In this document: positions 48,940-61,355 of the stretch, piece after piece
How positions within the stretch are numbered: the first letter of the stretch is position 1
How the letters are laid out: each line of letters opens with the position of its first letter
Assembly: GCF_965152275.1 (NCBI RefSeq)
Contig: NC_134234.1
Coordinates: 39,458,920-39,522,919 of the forward strand
DNA from: Natator depressus
Taxonomy: Eukaryota
Direction: 5' to 3'
Length of the DNA stretch: 64,000 bases
The notes under the pieces: generated by a model
Seen by the model: only the letters and a program-made list of their open reading frames with translations
Told to the model about the DNA's origin: nothing
The model's database searches: none
Program-made: the position numbers and the translations under genes

Positions 48940-49260
48940 GGAGCCCACACCCCAACCCTCCTCCTGGAGCCAGCACCCCATACCGCCTCCTGCAACCAAA
49001 CCCCCTCCTGCACCCCAAGCCTCGGCCCCAGCCCTGAGCCCTGTCTCAGAGCCAGCAGGCCATACCCCCTCCTGCACCCCAACACTCTGCCCCAGTCAGG
49101 AGCCCCCTCCTGCACCCAAACTCTCTGCCAGAGCTTGTACCCCTCACTCCCTCCTGCACCCCAATCCCCTGCTCCAGGCTCAGCCTGGAGCCCCCTTCCA
49201 CACCACAAACCCCTTGGCTCCAGCCCAGACCCCGCACCCCCTCCCGAACCCTAACCCCCT
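48940..49260. repeat. GC-rich minisatellite, unit about 50-60 bp
   Basis: cccctcctgcaccccaa(c/t)(c/a)c(t/c)ctgcccca-type units are repeated. The overlapping long ORFs on both strands are artefacts of low complexity. Confidence 0.75.
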
Positions 49261-49734
49261 GCCCCAGCCCAGTGAAAGTGAGCGAGCAACGGAGAGAGGG
49301 GGAGATGGAGTGAGCCGGATGGGGCTTTGGGGAAGGGCTGGAGCCTCAGGGAAGGAGCAGGATAGATCCTGGGTTGCCATTTAAATTCAAAAAGTGATCT
49401 TGTGCATAAAAAGGTTGGAGACCACTGCTCTAGACTAAAGAGTAGCTGTGCCACCCTTGCCCTGCAATCTTGGGTGCCTTACGATGCCATGCTGAAGGAG
49501 TTCCCACCTGGCTTGCTCACAAACAGCCTTCCAGCGTGCAAGCCATACCCTGAGTATTTGTGTGTAACTGCAGCCTGCCAACCAGATTTGGGTTACACTC
49601 CAGTTCTCACCAGCCTTGGTTATACTGCAGCGTGACCCCAACATACCCCCAGTCTTAGATTTCCCCCCAGAAATGTATGTCCTTTACTGCCCAGCCCTCT
49701 CCTGGACAACAGAAGTTATATAAAGTCTGTTTCA

Positions 49735-49865
49735 GAGTAACAGCCGTGTTAGTCTGTATTCGCAAAAAGAAAAGGAGTACTTGTGGCACCTTAGAGACTA
49801 ACCAATTTATCTGAGCATAAGCTTTCGTGAGCTACAGCTCACTTCATCGGATGCATACTGTGGAA
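49735..49865 (-). repeat. PLE 3' tail copy (reverse orientation)
   Basis: agtaacagccgtgttagtctgtattcgcaaaaagaaaaggagtacttgtggcaccttagagactaaccaatttatctgagcataagctttcgtgagctacagctcacttcatcggatgcat. Confidence 0.8.
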
Positions 49866-52800
49866 ACTGCAGAAGACATTATATACACAGAGACCATGAA
49901 ACAATACCTCCTCCCACCCCACTCTCCTGCTGGTAATAGCTTATCTAAAGTGATCACTCTCCTTACAATGTGTATGATAATCAAGTTGGGCCATTTCCAG
50001 CACAAATCCAGGTTTTCTCACCCCCCCCCCCAAAAACCACACACACAAACTCACTCTCCTGCTGGTAATAGCTTGTCCAAAGTGACCACTCTCCTTACAA
50101 TGTGTATGAAAATCAAGATAAGCTATTACCAGCAGGAGAGTGAGGTTGGGGGGGGGGGTGAGAGAACCTGGATTTGTGCTGGAAATTTGTGGACGGGTAG
50201 TGATCGATCCCCGAATCGACACCTGTACTCCACCTCAGCAGGAGGAGTAAGCGGGGTCGATGGGGGGAGCTGCCGCGGTCAGCTTGCCGCCGTGAGGACA
50301 GCCAGGTAAGTCGAACTAAGATACTTTGACTTCAGCTACGCGAATAGCGTGGCTGAAGTTGCGTATCTTAGTTCGAACACCCCCCTCCCACAGTGTAGCC
50401 CAGGCCTTAGTTACATTCAAAGCAAAGTTTTCTCACCACATGCTTTCAGCAGTCTTACTGACCAGACTTCTTAAGTCAGGACCTCTTTTCCCAGAGTCCA
50501 ATGAATGCTTTCTTTGTCGCTTCAGGTGCCGTTAGTGCGATGGGCAGGGAGAGGAGGTGTCATGGGGTGTGTCCCTTTTTTTTTTTATAGTTTCAGTTCC
50601 CCGCTTAAAAAACATTTCCAACTGGGTACCAAGAGACAAAAAGTCTATGGGGAAGGATGTTTCCTGCTGCTTTTTCCTCACCGGTTTCAGCTTTCTTTAT
50701 TTCCCTTTGTGCTTGATAACTCTGTTTACAGCTTAAACTCAAATTAAGCACACATTCCTTTGTTTGAGGTAGACCTGTTTGCCAACTTCTGCTTGGGTAG
50801 GGCTGTGGTTTGAAACATGTGTTAATAACATCATACAGCGAAATTTTATAACTTAACATACAATGTTGCCACACATATTTTATCAGGATAGTATTTACTA
50901 GCAAATTATGAATTTTCAAATGATACCTTACAAGACATGCTTTGTACAAAAAAAAATTACAATTGTGTGGACACGGATACATTCTGTCACACTGTCTCTT
51001 CCTAATAACTGGGGTCCCCTCCACTGGACAGGTATCCTCAGTGCAAGAGGATACCATGACATCATCTGAAAGGAGGGTCCCAACTATGGGATTATTTCCC
51101 TCTACTCCAGTTTGACGTTTTCCTTCCCCAAGTCTTTCAACCTCCTCAGCAGCACAGAGGCTGTCATACTGGGAGAGGGACTGTTTTACTGTGTCCTGGA
51201 AAATCTCCTTTACGTACATCTCTGTCTCTCTTAGCTCATCTAGTTCATTCACTCTGGTCTCAAAAGCCTGTACTTGGTATCTGAGGGCCGTGAGCTGCTT
51301 GCACTGAATGCACATGCATGCCACCTGCCCCTAAGGCAGGTAATCATACATGCTACATTCAGTGCAATAAACTGGATAGCCCCCACTTTGATGCTGGACG
51401 TCTGGCTGCATTATTTTTACACTTGTAGGGTTTTTTGGGTGCAGGGAGAGGGGAGCAGTGTTTATTGGCCTAAGTTTAGAGAATGTTTAGTGGGTATATC
51501 TGGCTTCATGTTCCCTCTTTAAACTCACTCTCATTTGCTTCTCCTGTTGCCTGTCTCCTCTGGTCATTGTAACAGCCTTCAGCTGTGTTGTCTATAGCAG
51601 TTGTTCTTCACTTTGGGGTCAAATCTAGTGAGTTGCAACATTATATAATTCCTGCAGGATTGCCAAACTTGAGCATTCATTAAAGAAAAAACGTTTCTAG
51701 TACAGTGTAATTTACTATTGTAATTAAGTTTAATGGGACAGATTTTCTAACACCTTGCCTCCATTTTAATGTTACTTTGTGTTTACCTGATTATGCCTTT
51801 AAATCAGATATTTAGTCATCTAAATTACCTTAATTGTGTCCGCAAGTAACTGTGGGCACAAAATTGCACTTGCAGTTTTTTGTTCTTGTAAAGCTGCAAG
51901 AACAAAAATGCAGTTCCAGTTCAGGCTAGGCTAAACATTTAGCCTATTGAATATTTAACATTAGAGAATCAATATTTTTAAAATTATGCAAAATCAGATT
52001 TGATTTCAAGATCATTATACTTATCAACTGGGACACATTTTGATTTGAATGTGAAAGTTCAAAGCTTTGTGTTCCACCTGTTTTGAGAGTAGCAAACTGT
52101 CTAGTGTGTGTCTTTTTCCTACTTATCAGCATTTCCAATCTCGTGTCAAATAAAATGGAATGGGATTTAATAAACTTCACATTGTATTTTACAATACAAA
52201 TAGCACATTTACTAATTTCATGGAGGCTGTTGTTTTCTCAGTGGAGCGGATCCTTTTCTGCTGAATTCAGTTGGAGAAGTACTCTACTTTGAGCATTATT
52301 TTTAGGGTAATTTTCAAATTATTTATTTTAAAACGTCTCGCAAGTTAATATTTTATTGTTTGGTTTGTATCTAAGTGAGTATCTGAAAACAAAGAACTTG
52401 CTGCTGGTGCCGCCACTGCTGCCCCACTTCCCTCTGAACAGGGCCGGCTCCCGGTACCAGCGTTCCAAGCAGGTGACTGGGGCAGCAGTCAGAAAGGGGC
52501 GGCAGAGTTTCCGCCGCGGCGGCTACTGGGCAGCAGCTTCTCCGTTCCGCCGGCCACGGCAGCAATTCGGCAGCAGCTTCTCTCTCTTGCTGTCCGCGGC
52601 GGCAATTCAGTGGCAGCAGGTTTTTTCACTGCTTGGGTCGGCAAAAATGGTAGAGCTGGCCCTGCCTCTGAAACTCAATGTTCCCACCTCTTGTGCTTTC
52701 TGATCCCCTGTCTCAACCTCCCTATCCCACAGAGCTTCACTTCCCACTCAGCATACCCCACTCATTATTCTAACCCACACATATCATTGCAAATAACACA

Positions 52801-53245
52801 CGTTACTGTACGTGGGATAAATAATGGAAAGAAGCTAATGGTTTGCATTCATCTTATTGGCTTGTTTTTAGTACTCCATTGATGTAGGACTGGTCAGATA
52901 ATTTATTCCAGAGGTTCTCCAACTGTGGTACATATGTCACTGTTAGTATGCCGGCTGCGGCCAGGTAGTATGTGGATTGGTTAAGGTATAGCCTCACAAT
53001 AAGAATCCATTTTAGCTACACTAGTTAATGTCGATACATCATGCTTTTGAATTTTAGATCTTAAAGTTTGAGGATCACTGACTAATTCACTAAAGTTCAT
53101 TATATTTTTTGCATAAGTCATTTGAACATTTTATTGTAATTACTTTCCTAGCTGTACTTTGATATTTCTAATGTGATTTTTGCAATGTCTTGAATGTTTT
53201 TAGGAAGACTTTTGTCTGTTTTTTTTTGTTTGGTTTATTTCACAG

Positions 53246-53348
53246 GATGGTTTTTGGAATCTCAGCCCAGAACTTGGGGTTATCTTGGATCTTGATGTGG
53301 ATTATTTAACCAATATTTTCCTTGCAAAAAAAGGCATTTGGTCCCTAG
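53246..53348 (+). CDS. PARP4: Coding exon (C-terminal region)
   Basis: Acceptor tggtttatttcacag|GATGGT and donor CCCTAG|gtaaat. Only this frame is open: DGFWNLSPELGVILDLDVDYLTNIFLAKKGIWSL(G). Phase 0 to 1. Confidence 0.6.
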
Positions 53349-54253
53349 GTAAATCAGTTGTTTTCTCATTCATTAAAAGTAGCTGGACAGTAGTACAGTT
53401 AATGTTTTGGTTTTTTTTTTAATGTACGTGTGTGCAGTAGAGCTTATATTAATGTATATTTTCCATATTACTAACAATGGCTTAAGATTGGCTCACCCTG
53501 AATTTTAAATAGACACTATCAATTTGAAGTGTTCTGAAGTAATTAATTTTTAAAAATTCAAGATTCTGCTAGAGCGTCCTTTCAGAGGTGTGTTCTGGCT
53601 GCTGTGTGCCTGTCCTATGGAGGCAGCACGTTATGGGCATCTGTGGAGGTTCTTTGTGTCCCGGTTATTATACATGCTAGATTAAGCAACTCTGAAATGT
53701 TTAATTGTATTAGCAAAAAAATCAGACTCAAATGTTCCCACTTTCATCCTCAGACGGGTGGGGTCCCTTCTACATAATGGGGAGGAAGGCAAAATGGGGC
53801 CCAGCTGAGGCCATCCCTCCCCCAGCACCCTGCTGGACCCAAAACTATGCAGGGGAGTCCCCCCTATATTCTGGGGGCAGTAGGACCCAGGTAGTGCTGC
53901 TCCTTCTCCCTCTTCCCTCCATGTGGGCTTGGAATTAAGCAGCAAAGAGGAGCCAGCCACTGTCTCCAGCCACTAGTGACAGAGGCATACAAAGCAGGGA
54001 TCTTGGAGAACTTTCTGTAGACTAGACTTTCTCTGCCCTGTGCTGAATGGCTGTTTGCTTCAAAACTCCCCTCCTCTCCTTCAGTTTCCTCACCTTAGCT
54101 TTACTCCAAACTTGTTGCCCCTTTTACCCTCTTCTCCCCACACCCTCTTCCCTTCACTTTCCATTTAGCTGACCTGCTACCTCTCCCCTTCATAAAAATG
54201 GAACTATCATGACATTTGGATGCCTATAGCCAATCGTCTGCTCAGCAGATTGG

Positions 54254-54830
54254 TTGAGGGTAGAAGTGAACAGGGACCAGCTGGATGCTTTCCACGCAAA
54301 ATGTCAACGTCATATACTGGGCATAAAGTGGAATGACTTCATCTGTAACGCAGATGTTTATGGTTGTTCAGGTCTACAGACTACTGGGGCCATTGCCTGT
54401 AGGCGGTGCCTGATGATTTTCAGACATGTCACTAGGATGCCACAAGACGTTCCAGTGAACGCTGTTCTCCGGGTGGCTTGTAACATCCGAGATAAAATTG
54501 CACCAACCGAGGGGTCGAGGCGGCCAGAGGCAGACCCCCTATTACATGGGTTCATCAAGTCTGTTCCAATGTTGGATTCTCAGGCTGTCAAGCCTTTGCG
54601 GTTGGGCAGGAATGGACCAAATGGCGAACAATTGCTATGGCCAACTGTCTGGCTAAGTGTTGAAGAAGCATGACATTTGCTTCCATCATATTGTTCACTC
54701 TGCTTGTGTGTATACCTTTCCCTCCACATCATGTGTTTGTGTTGTTTGTTTAGATTGTAAGCTCTTTGGGGCAGGGATTGTCTTTTTGTTCTGTCTGTAG
54801 AGTGTCTAGCACAATGGGATCCTGTCCATG
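54254..54830 (+). mobile_element. LINE ORF2 C-terminal fragment plus L2/MIR-like 3' tail
   Basis: The ORF reads ..HILGIKWNDFICNADVYGCSGLQTTGAIACRRCLMIFRHVTRMPQDVPVNAVL.., with the RLxxxGHVxRMPxDxxPK-type motif typical of LINE ORF2 C-termini. The tail gattgtaagctctttggggcagggattgtc...tctagcacaatggg is also seen at 2930-3060. Confidence 0.5.
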
Positions 54831-55528
54831 ATGGGGCTCCTGGGTGCTAACATAGTGCAAATAATAAATAATAGTACATTCTGTGTCATCTTCCAGCTCA
54901 CACATACATTCCAAACTACACTGATGTACTGCTTCTTCCCACCCTTTTCCATTATGTTGTTTACATCTTTCATGTACACATTTCCTTATTTCTTTTCAGC
55001 TATTGCTCTGTGCTGTTGGCAGGCAGAAAATTAACATGAACAAAGTTTGTCTTCTCTGAATCACTAGGGGACAGGCTTAAAGTGTGCATGGGGAGTGCAA
55101 ACTGGGCAAAAATAAAAATTGGGTTGAGGTATGCACTTTAATCACTGTCTTACCAAAGCTGCTGCTCCAGTGCTTCATCAGAGATCAGAAATCCTACAAG
55201 TTTCCCCTTGCTGCTTGCACAAAGACCTAAGTGGAACATGATGGAAGCAACCCCAAACCACAAAAACCCAGCAGGCAGCACACTGCCAGCCCTTGGGTTC
55301 TGACTCCAACGCAGGAGTGAACTATATGTCTCCGAAACTGCTTTTAAAAAAGCATGGATTACTGTGTATATTGGGTGATGAAACAAAATTAAACAGCATT
55401 AGGATAACCAGATTTTCTGAGCATGACTATTACTTTGCCAGCAAGTACTACAAAATATCAAATATTAACTTTCTATGTTGACAAGTAACAATTATACTAA
55501 GAATCACACCTTTCCCCCTCCTTTTTAG

Positions 55529-55658
55529 GTCCTAAAGGAAGAGAAGTATTGCAGTTGATTGCTACACTTTTGGTGCTGCAGTTCATACGTTATAAACAGC
55601 AATTGGAAGGGATAACCTTCAAATCTCTAATGAAACTGGATGATTCGCCCACTTCAAG
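55529..55658 (+). CDS. PARP4: Coding exon (C-terminal region)
   Basis: Acceptor ccccctcctttttag|GTCCTA and donor TTCAAG|gtgtgc. It continues the phase as G-PKGREVLQLIATLLVLQFIRYKQQLEGITFKSLMKLDDSPTS. Phase 1 to 2. Confidence 0.6.
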
Positions 55659-57318
55659 GTGTGCTTTAGATTCATGCATACATTAAATATTTAATGTATG
55701 AATGTAAACTGCTGAACATTTTAACATGTATAAAATGAATAGTTATTGGGTATTGGTAACTAATATACTACAGCATATGGATGTAGATGAAGAATGAAAA
55801 GTATAATTGACAGTGTCGATGCATTGCTTCTTACAACAAAATCTTTGTTTTGAAAATACGGTCTATAAAATTAAGAAATACATAAACAATGTCCTGCATC
55901 AGCAAAAAACCTTTATTTATATAGTAAATGGGAACAGAATTAATTTTAGGGCTCGATGAGGCTCTTAGATATATGGCACAGATCATCTACCCCTGATATC
56001 AACATCCTCCACACCACAGTCCCCACCCTGTCCATTAACCCTCCAAGTGGCCTGGGAAATGCAGATGCTCCCCACACAAGAACCCTCTGCAATGTAATAC
56101 AGCTGCATGCTATATTACGTTTTGCATGGACGATCTCTGCATCATGGAACTCCCCTTTACTGTGGGGTATAATGAACACCAGACAGCTGGGGAGCCTGTC
56201 AGCATCACTCCACCAAAGGGAAGAGGGAGAGCAGCAGAGATCTAGGAAAGCATGAAGGAACAGGAACACCATACAGATGGCTCTGGCCTCCAGCAGATTC
56301 CCCATGGTATGTGAATTCTGCGAGTTGAACCGCTGCATGTAGTGTGGGGGATTATACCCCACCTTCCTTCTCCTTCCACCCACCCCCAAAAAATTATAGG
56401 AACTTGCAGCAAGGAAAACCTTGCAAAATCTTCCTCTGCAGTCTCTCTGCCTCTGGTGTTTCTGTGGGAGATGTTATCTGGCTCTATATACCTAGGGTTT
56501 CTGTGACAAGTTACAAATAACACGATAGATGTGTCATGTTGCTTAATGCCCTACTGGAAGGCACACACCTACTACATGCTGAGTATGGTATAAAACCCTA
56601 AATAGACTAGAGAGATGCTTAAATTGGTTTTGTCCTGTAACCTCAATCAGGAATGCAGTACATAATAAAATGTAATGTTGGGTTAAAACACAGTAGGGAG
56701 AGAAGGAAAATGGGAGGAACTCTGCATAGATGTGAACACACTGAGAACCCAAAAGTTGAGAATCAAATCTGATATTACTGTCTTGATGAGATGTTTTTTA
56801 TGGACTAATTTCACGCCACCGAGATCACTGGAGTAGCTAGTGCACATTAGCTACTCTGCATTCTTACACTTTGGAAGTGTATTAAGCTAGAGTGCATAAA
56901 GGCACTCAGTGCGAATTAAGAGTGTCCACACAGGGAGTTTGTGTGAAGTAGACAGTGCACTTTCAAATCACTCCCTAGCTTATTCCACACTAAGTTCCCC
57001 ATGTAGACAAGCCCAGACATTTGTGAATTTGACCCTACATCTCTTCCTCCATGACAGCTGCTCAGGCTAGACTCTGTTTTTTCTTGAAATCTCTGCCTCA
57101 AATTATCATATATATATAAAGCGATCTTTTGTTAATGATTGGGTTGAAGTATTGTTGATATTTTCTCCACCAAGTGACTTTGTTGGCAAGGACAAGATTT
57201 TTTTCTTGTATGCTGTGGTGCATTTGATTGTACTTAGTTTGTAGACAGCTGCAGTAGCTGCTCGGTCAAGTCACTGTTCTCATATTTTAGTATCATCACA
57301 CTTTATTTCTATATACAG

Positions 57319-57493
57319 TGCTATTCACTGGGCTTTTGCTTCAGTAAAGAAAGCAGTGGAATGGGTAAGAAGAGTTGACAGACAATTTCCAGCCATCTGC
57401 CATCGACTTGAACTTGGGAAGGATTGGGACTCTGCCACTAAGAAGTTGTTGGGTATCGAGTTAATCAGCACCAACTTTCCTCCAAGTATTTAA
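57319..57493 (+). CDS. PARP4: Terminal coding exon with TAA stop
   Basis: Acceptor ctatatacag|TGCTAT. It continues the phase as S-AIHWAFASVKKAVEWVRRVDRQFPAICHRLELGKDWDSATKKLLGIELISTNFPPSI then TAA at 57491-57493. An AATAAA lies at about 57915. Confidence 0.5.
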
Positions 57494-59536
57494 TCACAGA
57501 AAACTTCTATAAGAGTTAACTACCTTACTTTACTCATTTTGCAATTATAAGACAAATTACAGGAGTTCACTGCATTAATAGATAATTTGATTTTATATCT
57601 GTATAAGGATTGGGTAGTTTTAATATCCAGGAAATTAACCAAGGACATGGAAATTTGGGGTCTTTTCTTATATTGTCATCAATAAGGACAGGGTAATTTT
57701 AAATTTAAATATAGTGTTTTACTAAGAGTAAACATATACTGCAATTCACTGTTTAAAACTCAATGTCTAGCTTCCATGTTAGATGATTTTTAATTGAAAT
57801 TAACCATTTTGCAGTGCTAATGCTTTTATAATATGTTTAATATAAACTTGATTTCTTCTATAAATCTTATCCACTTCTTTGGACCAGTAGCACTATATAA
57901 AAAAAACTGTAATATAATAAAGGAATTACATCAGCAAGGAAATACTTCAATCACTGATGTTGACAGGTATAAGAACCTGAATAATAAAAAGCGAATAAAC
58001 ATTCTTTATTACATTTCAAGGTTTTCACTTAGGTAGTTAGATAATTCATTCAGTTGAGTTTCTCATTGAAATGCAACCAGAAGAAACTGCGTATCTGTGA
58101 TAATCATTAGGGGCATATTACTCTCTCATCTCAGCAATCTGTGAATTATTAGATCCCTAACTGCTTCTGGATGTTCAGGTAGCAACCTTTTCTTTCCAAC
58201 ACAGACATTGCTACTTTTACCTGTGTCTTTGGCACCTTGTGGTTGGACTACTGCAATGTGTTTTAAATGGAACTGCATTTTAAGACAGTGTGGAAAATGC
58301 TGCAAATGCAGAAAATGGTTATCTGCTTATTCAGAGAGACAATATAATGCTAAAAATCTCACTTTGGTTTGAAAACTTATTATCTACTGTACAGTTGTTA
58401 CAATAAACACCTAATGACTAATCTCTGAAAGTCATTTAAAAAAGCATATTTTTCTGGCTTTTTGAGATTGTTTAACAGCATTTTGCGCATAGTCAAATTC
58501 CCTTGTTTGTGTGAGTCTTTTACACAAGGAGAGAGAGAGAGAGAGACACTCTTGAAAAATAGAAAATGTGATTGCAAAACCACAAAAATTGGCAGGGAAA
58601 CTTGGGGCCGATTTAGGCCTCTTCTACATAGACCACAGAGATTTGTCAACATACAGCAACTGCTTTAATTAAACCGCTGTTGCATGTCTACACTATGCTC
58701 CTAGTGTTGGCAGAGTGCATTCACACAAGCAGCTCTTGCATCGATACATAGAGCAGTGCACTGTGGGTAGCTATCTCACTGTGCAACTGGCCGCAGGGTG
58801 CTTTGGGAAGGGTTTGCAGTGCCTCATGGGGCAAGTACAGCATCATATGATGCACATTTCTCAATCCCATTGTTCCATGGGCATCCTACTAGATTGCCAG
58901 CCACTTTTCAACTGAAGTGGGGTGGGAGGAGAGTGTGTGGGTGTGGGAAGAGACAGAGTGTGTGGTGTTGGGGGAATGTGAGAGAGAGTGGGTGGGGGGA
59001 GTGTTGTGGGAGAGTGAGGGTGTCGGCATGCTGTCTTTTTAAGTTCAGACAACAGCCAGAACCAGCTAATCCTGAGGCAGGGGGAAGGAGACACACACCC
59101 CCCCCACACACATCAGGCCCCGCCTCCCTCCCTGGTTCTGTACAGCATACCAGTCTCTCCCCACCTCTCCCACTCGCAGCAGCAGCCTTCTCTGCCTGCC
59201 AATGTGTTCCTAGTGCGAGGGAGAGCAGGATTCCACATTAATGGTTCTGTGATTCCTCTGACTTTTCCCACTTCCCTCAGCCCACAGAGCAATGATCCAC
59301 CCTTCCCCTGTAGTCCAGGCAGGAGAGCATGTTGCTGTTTTCCTGCTGGGAGCTGCATGCTCAGCATATGAGCTCTCCACGTTGAGGAAATTAATGTCAA
59401 AACTTCCTGGAGCTTTGAAAGGGGAAGGGCGCATGCCTGCAGAGAAGCAGAGTTCAAAACAGGGAGCAGAATGGTCCCAGCAGGCATTGTGGAATATTGG
59501 GGGAGGCCAGTTACGGCGATATAACGAATGGCGGCG

Positions 59537-59722
59537 TCTACACTGATGCTTTGTCGCTTTAACTTTGCTGCAAAAAACTCTAAGCCTCTCATTGAGGTGG
59601 TTTTATTTTGTCAGCAAAACAGGAGAATTTTGCCACAAAAAGTAGCATTGTATGGACACCTCCACTGTTTTGTCAGCAAAAGCTGCCTTTTGCTGACAAA
59701 ACTGTGTAGTGTAGATAAGGCT
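59537..59722. mobile_element. Harbinger-related MITE
   Basis: Ends cgtctacactgatg ... ctgtgtagtgtagataagg, with internal ttttgtcagcaaaa / gctgacaaaa subterminal repeats like those at the ends of Harbinger copy 1. Confidence 0.5.
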
Positions 59723-61332
59723 TTAGTTACTGAACCTACCTTTAACTCTTCTTTAAAAATTACATTTCAAGCTAACATTGTCCTATTAAGGATTATTTCT
59801 CACAGAAATTCATTGATTCCAAAGCCAGAAGGGACCATTATGATCATCTAGTCTGCCCTTCTGTATAACACAGGCCATAGAATTTCCCCAATAATTAATT
59901 CCCAGAGCATATCTTTTAGAAAATCATCCAATCTTGATTTTAAAATTGCCAGTAATGGAGAATTACCATGATCCATGATAATTTGTTCCAATGGTTAATT
60001 ACCCTCACTGTTATTTCCAGTCTGAATTTGTCTAGCTTCAACTTCCAGCCACTGGATCTTATTATACCATATCTGCTAGACTGAAGAGCCCATTAACAAA
60101 TATTTGTTCCCCACGTAGGTAATTTTAAACAGTGATCAAGTCACTCCTTAACCTTCTCTTTGTTAAGCTTCAATAAATTGAGCTCCTGGGATCTCTCACT
60201 ATAAGACATGTTTTCTACTCTTTTAATCAGTCTCCTTGCTCTTCTCTGAACCCTCTCAATTTATCAACATCCTTCTTGAATTGTGCACAGTATTCTAGCA
60301 GCAGTTGCACCAGTGCGAAATACAGTGGTAAAATAACTTCTCTCTGCCTATTTGAGATTCTCCTGTTTGGGGATCCAAGGATTGCATTAGCAGAGCCAGT
60401 GTCTGGGCCCCCTAATGAGCACAGCTGGCCTGTAGTAGGCTGCCTGATTGGCTATGCCAGTGGGTCTCAACCAGGGGTACATGTATGCCTGGGGGCACGC
60501 ACAGGCATATATTCCGGGGGAGGGTACATCAACTCATCTAGATATTTGCCTAGTTTTACAACAGTCTACATAAAAAGCACTAGCAAAGTCCGTACAAACT
60601 AAAATTTCATACAGACAATGACTTGTTTATACTGCTCTATATAATATGCACTGAAATGCAAGTACAATATTTATATTTCAATTGATTTATTTTATAATTA
60701 TATGGTAAAAATGAAAAGCAATTTTTCAGTAATAGTGTGCTGCGACACTTCTGTATTTTTATGTCTGATTTTGTAAGCAAGTCATTTTTAAGTGAGGAGA
60801 AACTTGGGAGTATGCAAGACAAAGACTCCTGAAAGTAGTCTGGAAAGGTTGCGAGCCGCTTGGCTATGCTACCAAGTTGGAAGAGTCAGCACACCAGCTC
60901 TTAAACCCAGCAGCAACATCAGTTGCTCAAAGCATTTGACCATGGCTGTGATAGCTCCTGCACTTGCTTGTTTTCAGTCCTGCTCCTGCCTTGTTCCAGG
61001 CCTGCTCCTGCCTTGCCTTACTCCAGGTAACCTGGCTCTGACCCTTGGCCCTGGCATCTGGCCTCTGACTCCAGTTCTGACCCTGTGCTCTGATTCCTTA
61101 CTCAGGCTCTGACACTGGGCTCCATGGGTGGTGGGTGGAGCCCTCCTCTGGGGAGACTAGCCCCAAGCTCTGCCCCTTCCACCTGTGCCCTTCCCATGGC
61201 AGGAGCCCTGAGACCCCCCTACACCTCCCACCCAGAGAGCCTCCCCCAGCCACAGGAGTCCCGGGCTGGCTGAAGGCCTGAGTCCCTCCCTCCACATGCC
61301 CGGAGGAGCCCCGGGCCAGCCGCAGCCTGGAG

Positions 61333-61355
61333 CACACACACACACACACACACAC
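61333..61355. repeat. (CA)n microsatellite inside a GC-rich block
   Basis: acacacacacacacacacacacac. Confidence 0.9.

Noticed and set aside
48549-49454. Multiple long ORFs (up to 219 aa) on both strands
   Set aside because: They lie entirely within a GC-rich minisatellite and read as low-complexity Pro/Gly/Ala translations. Overlap on both strands is typical of repeat artefacts.
57915-57920. AATAAA as the gene's polyadenylation signal
   Set aside because: The region is AT-rich, so an AATAAA can arise by chance. Without transcript data the 3' UTR end cannot be placed, so it is not listed as a feature.
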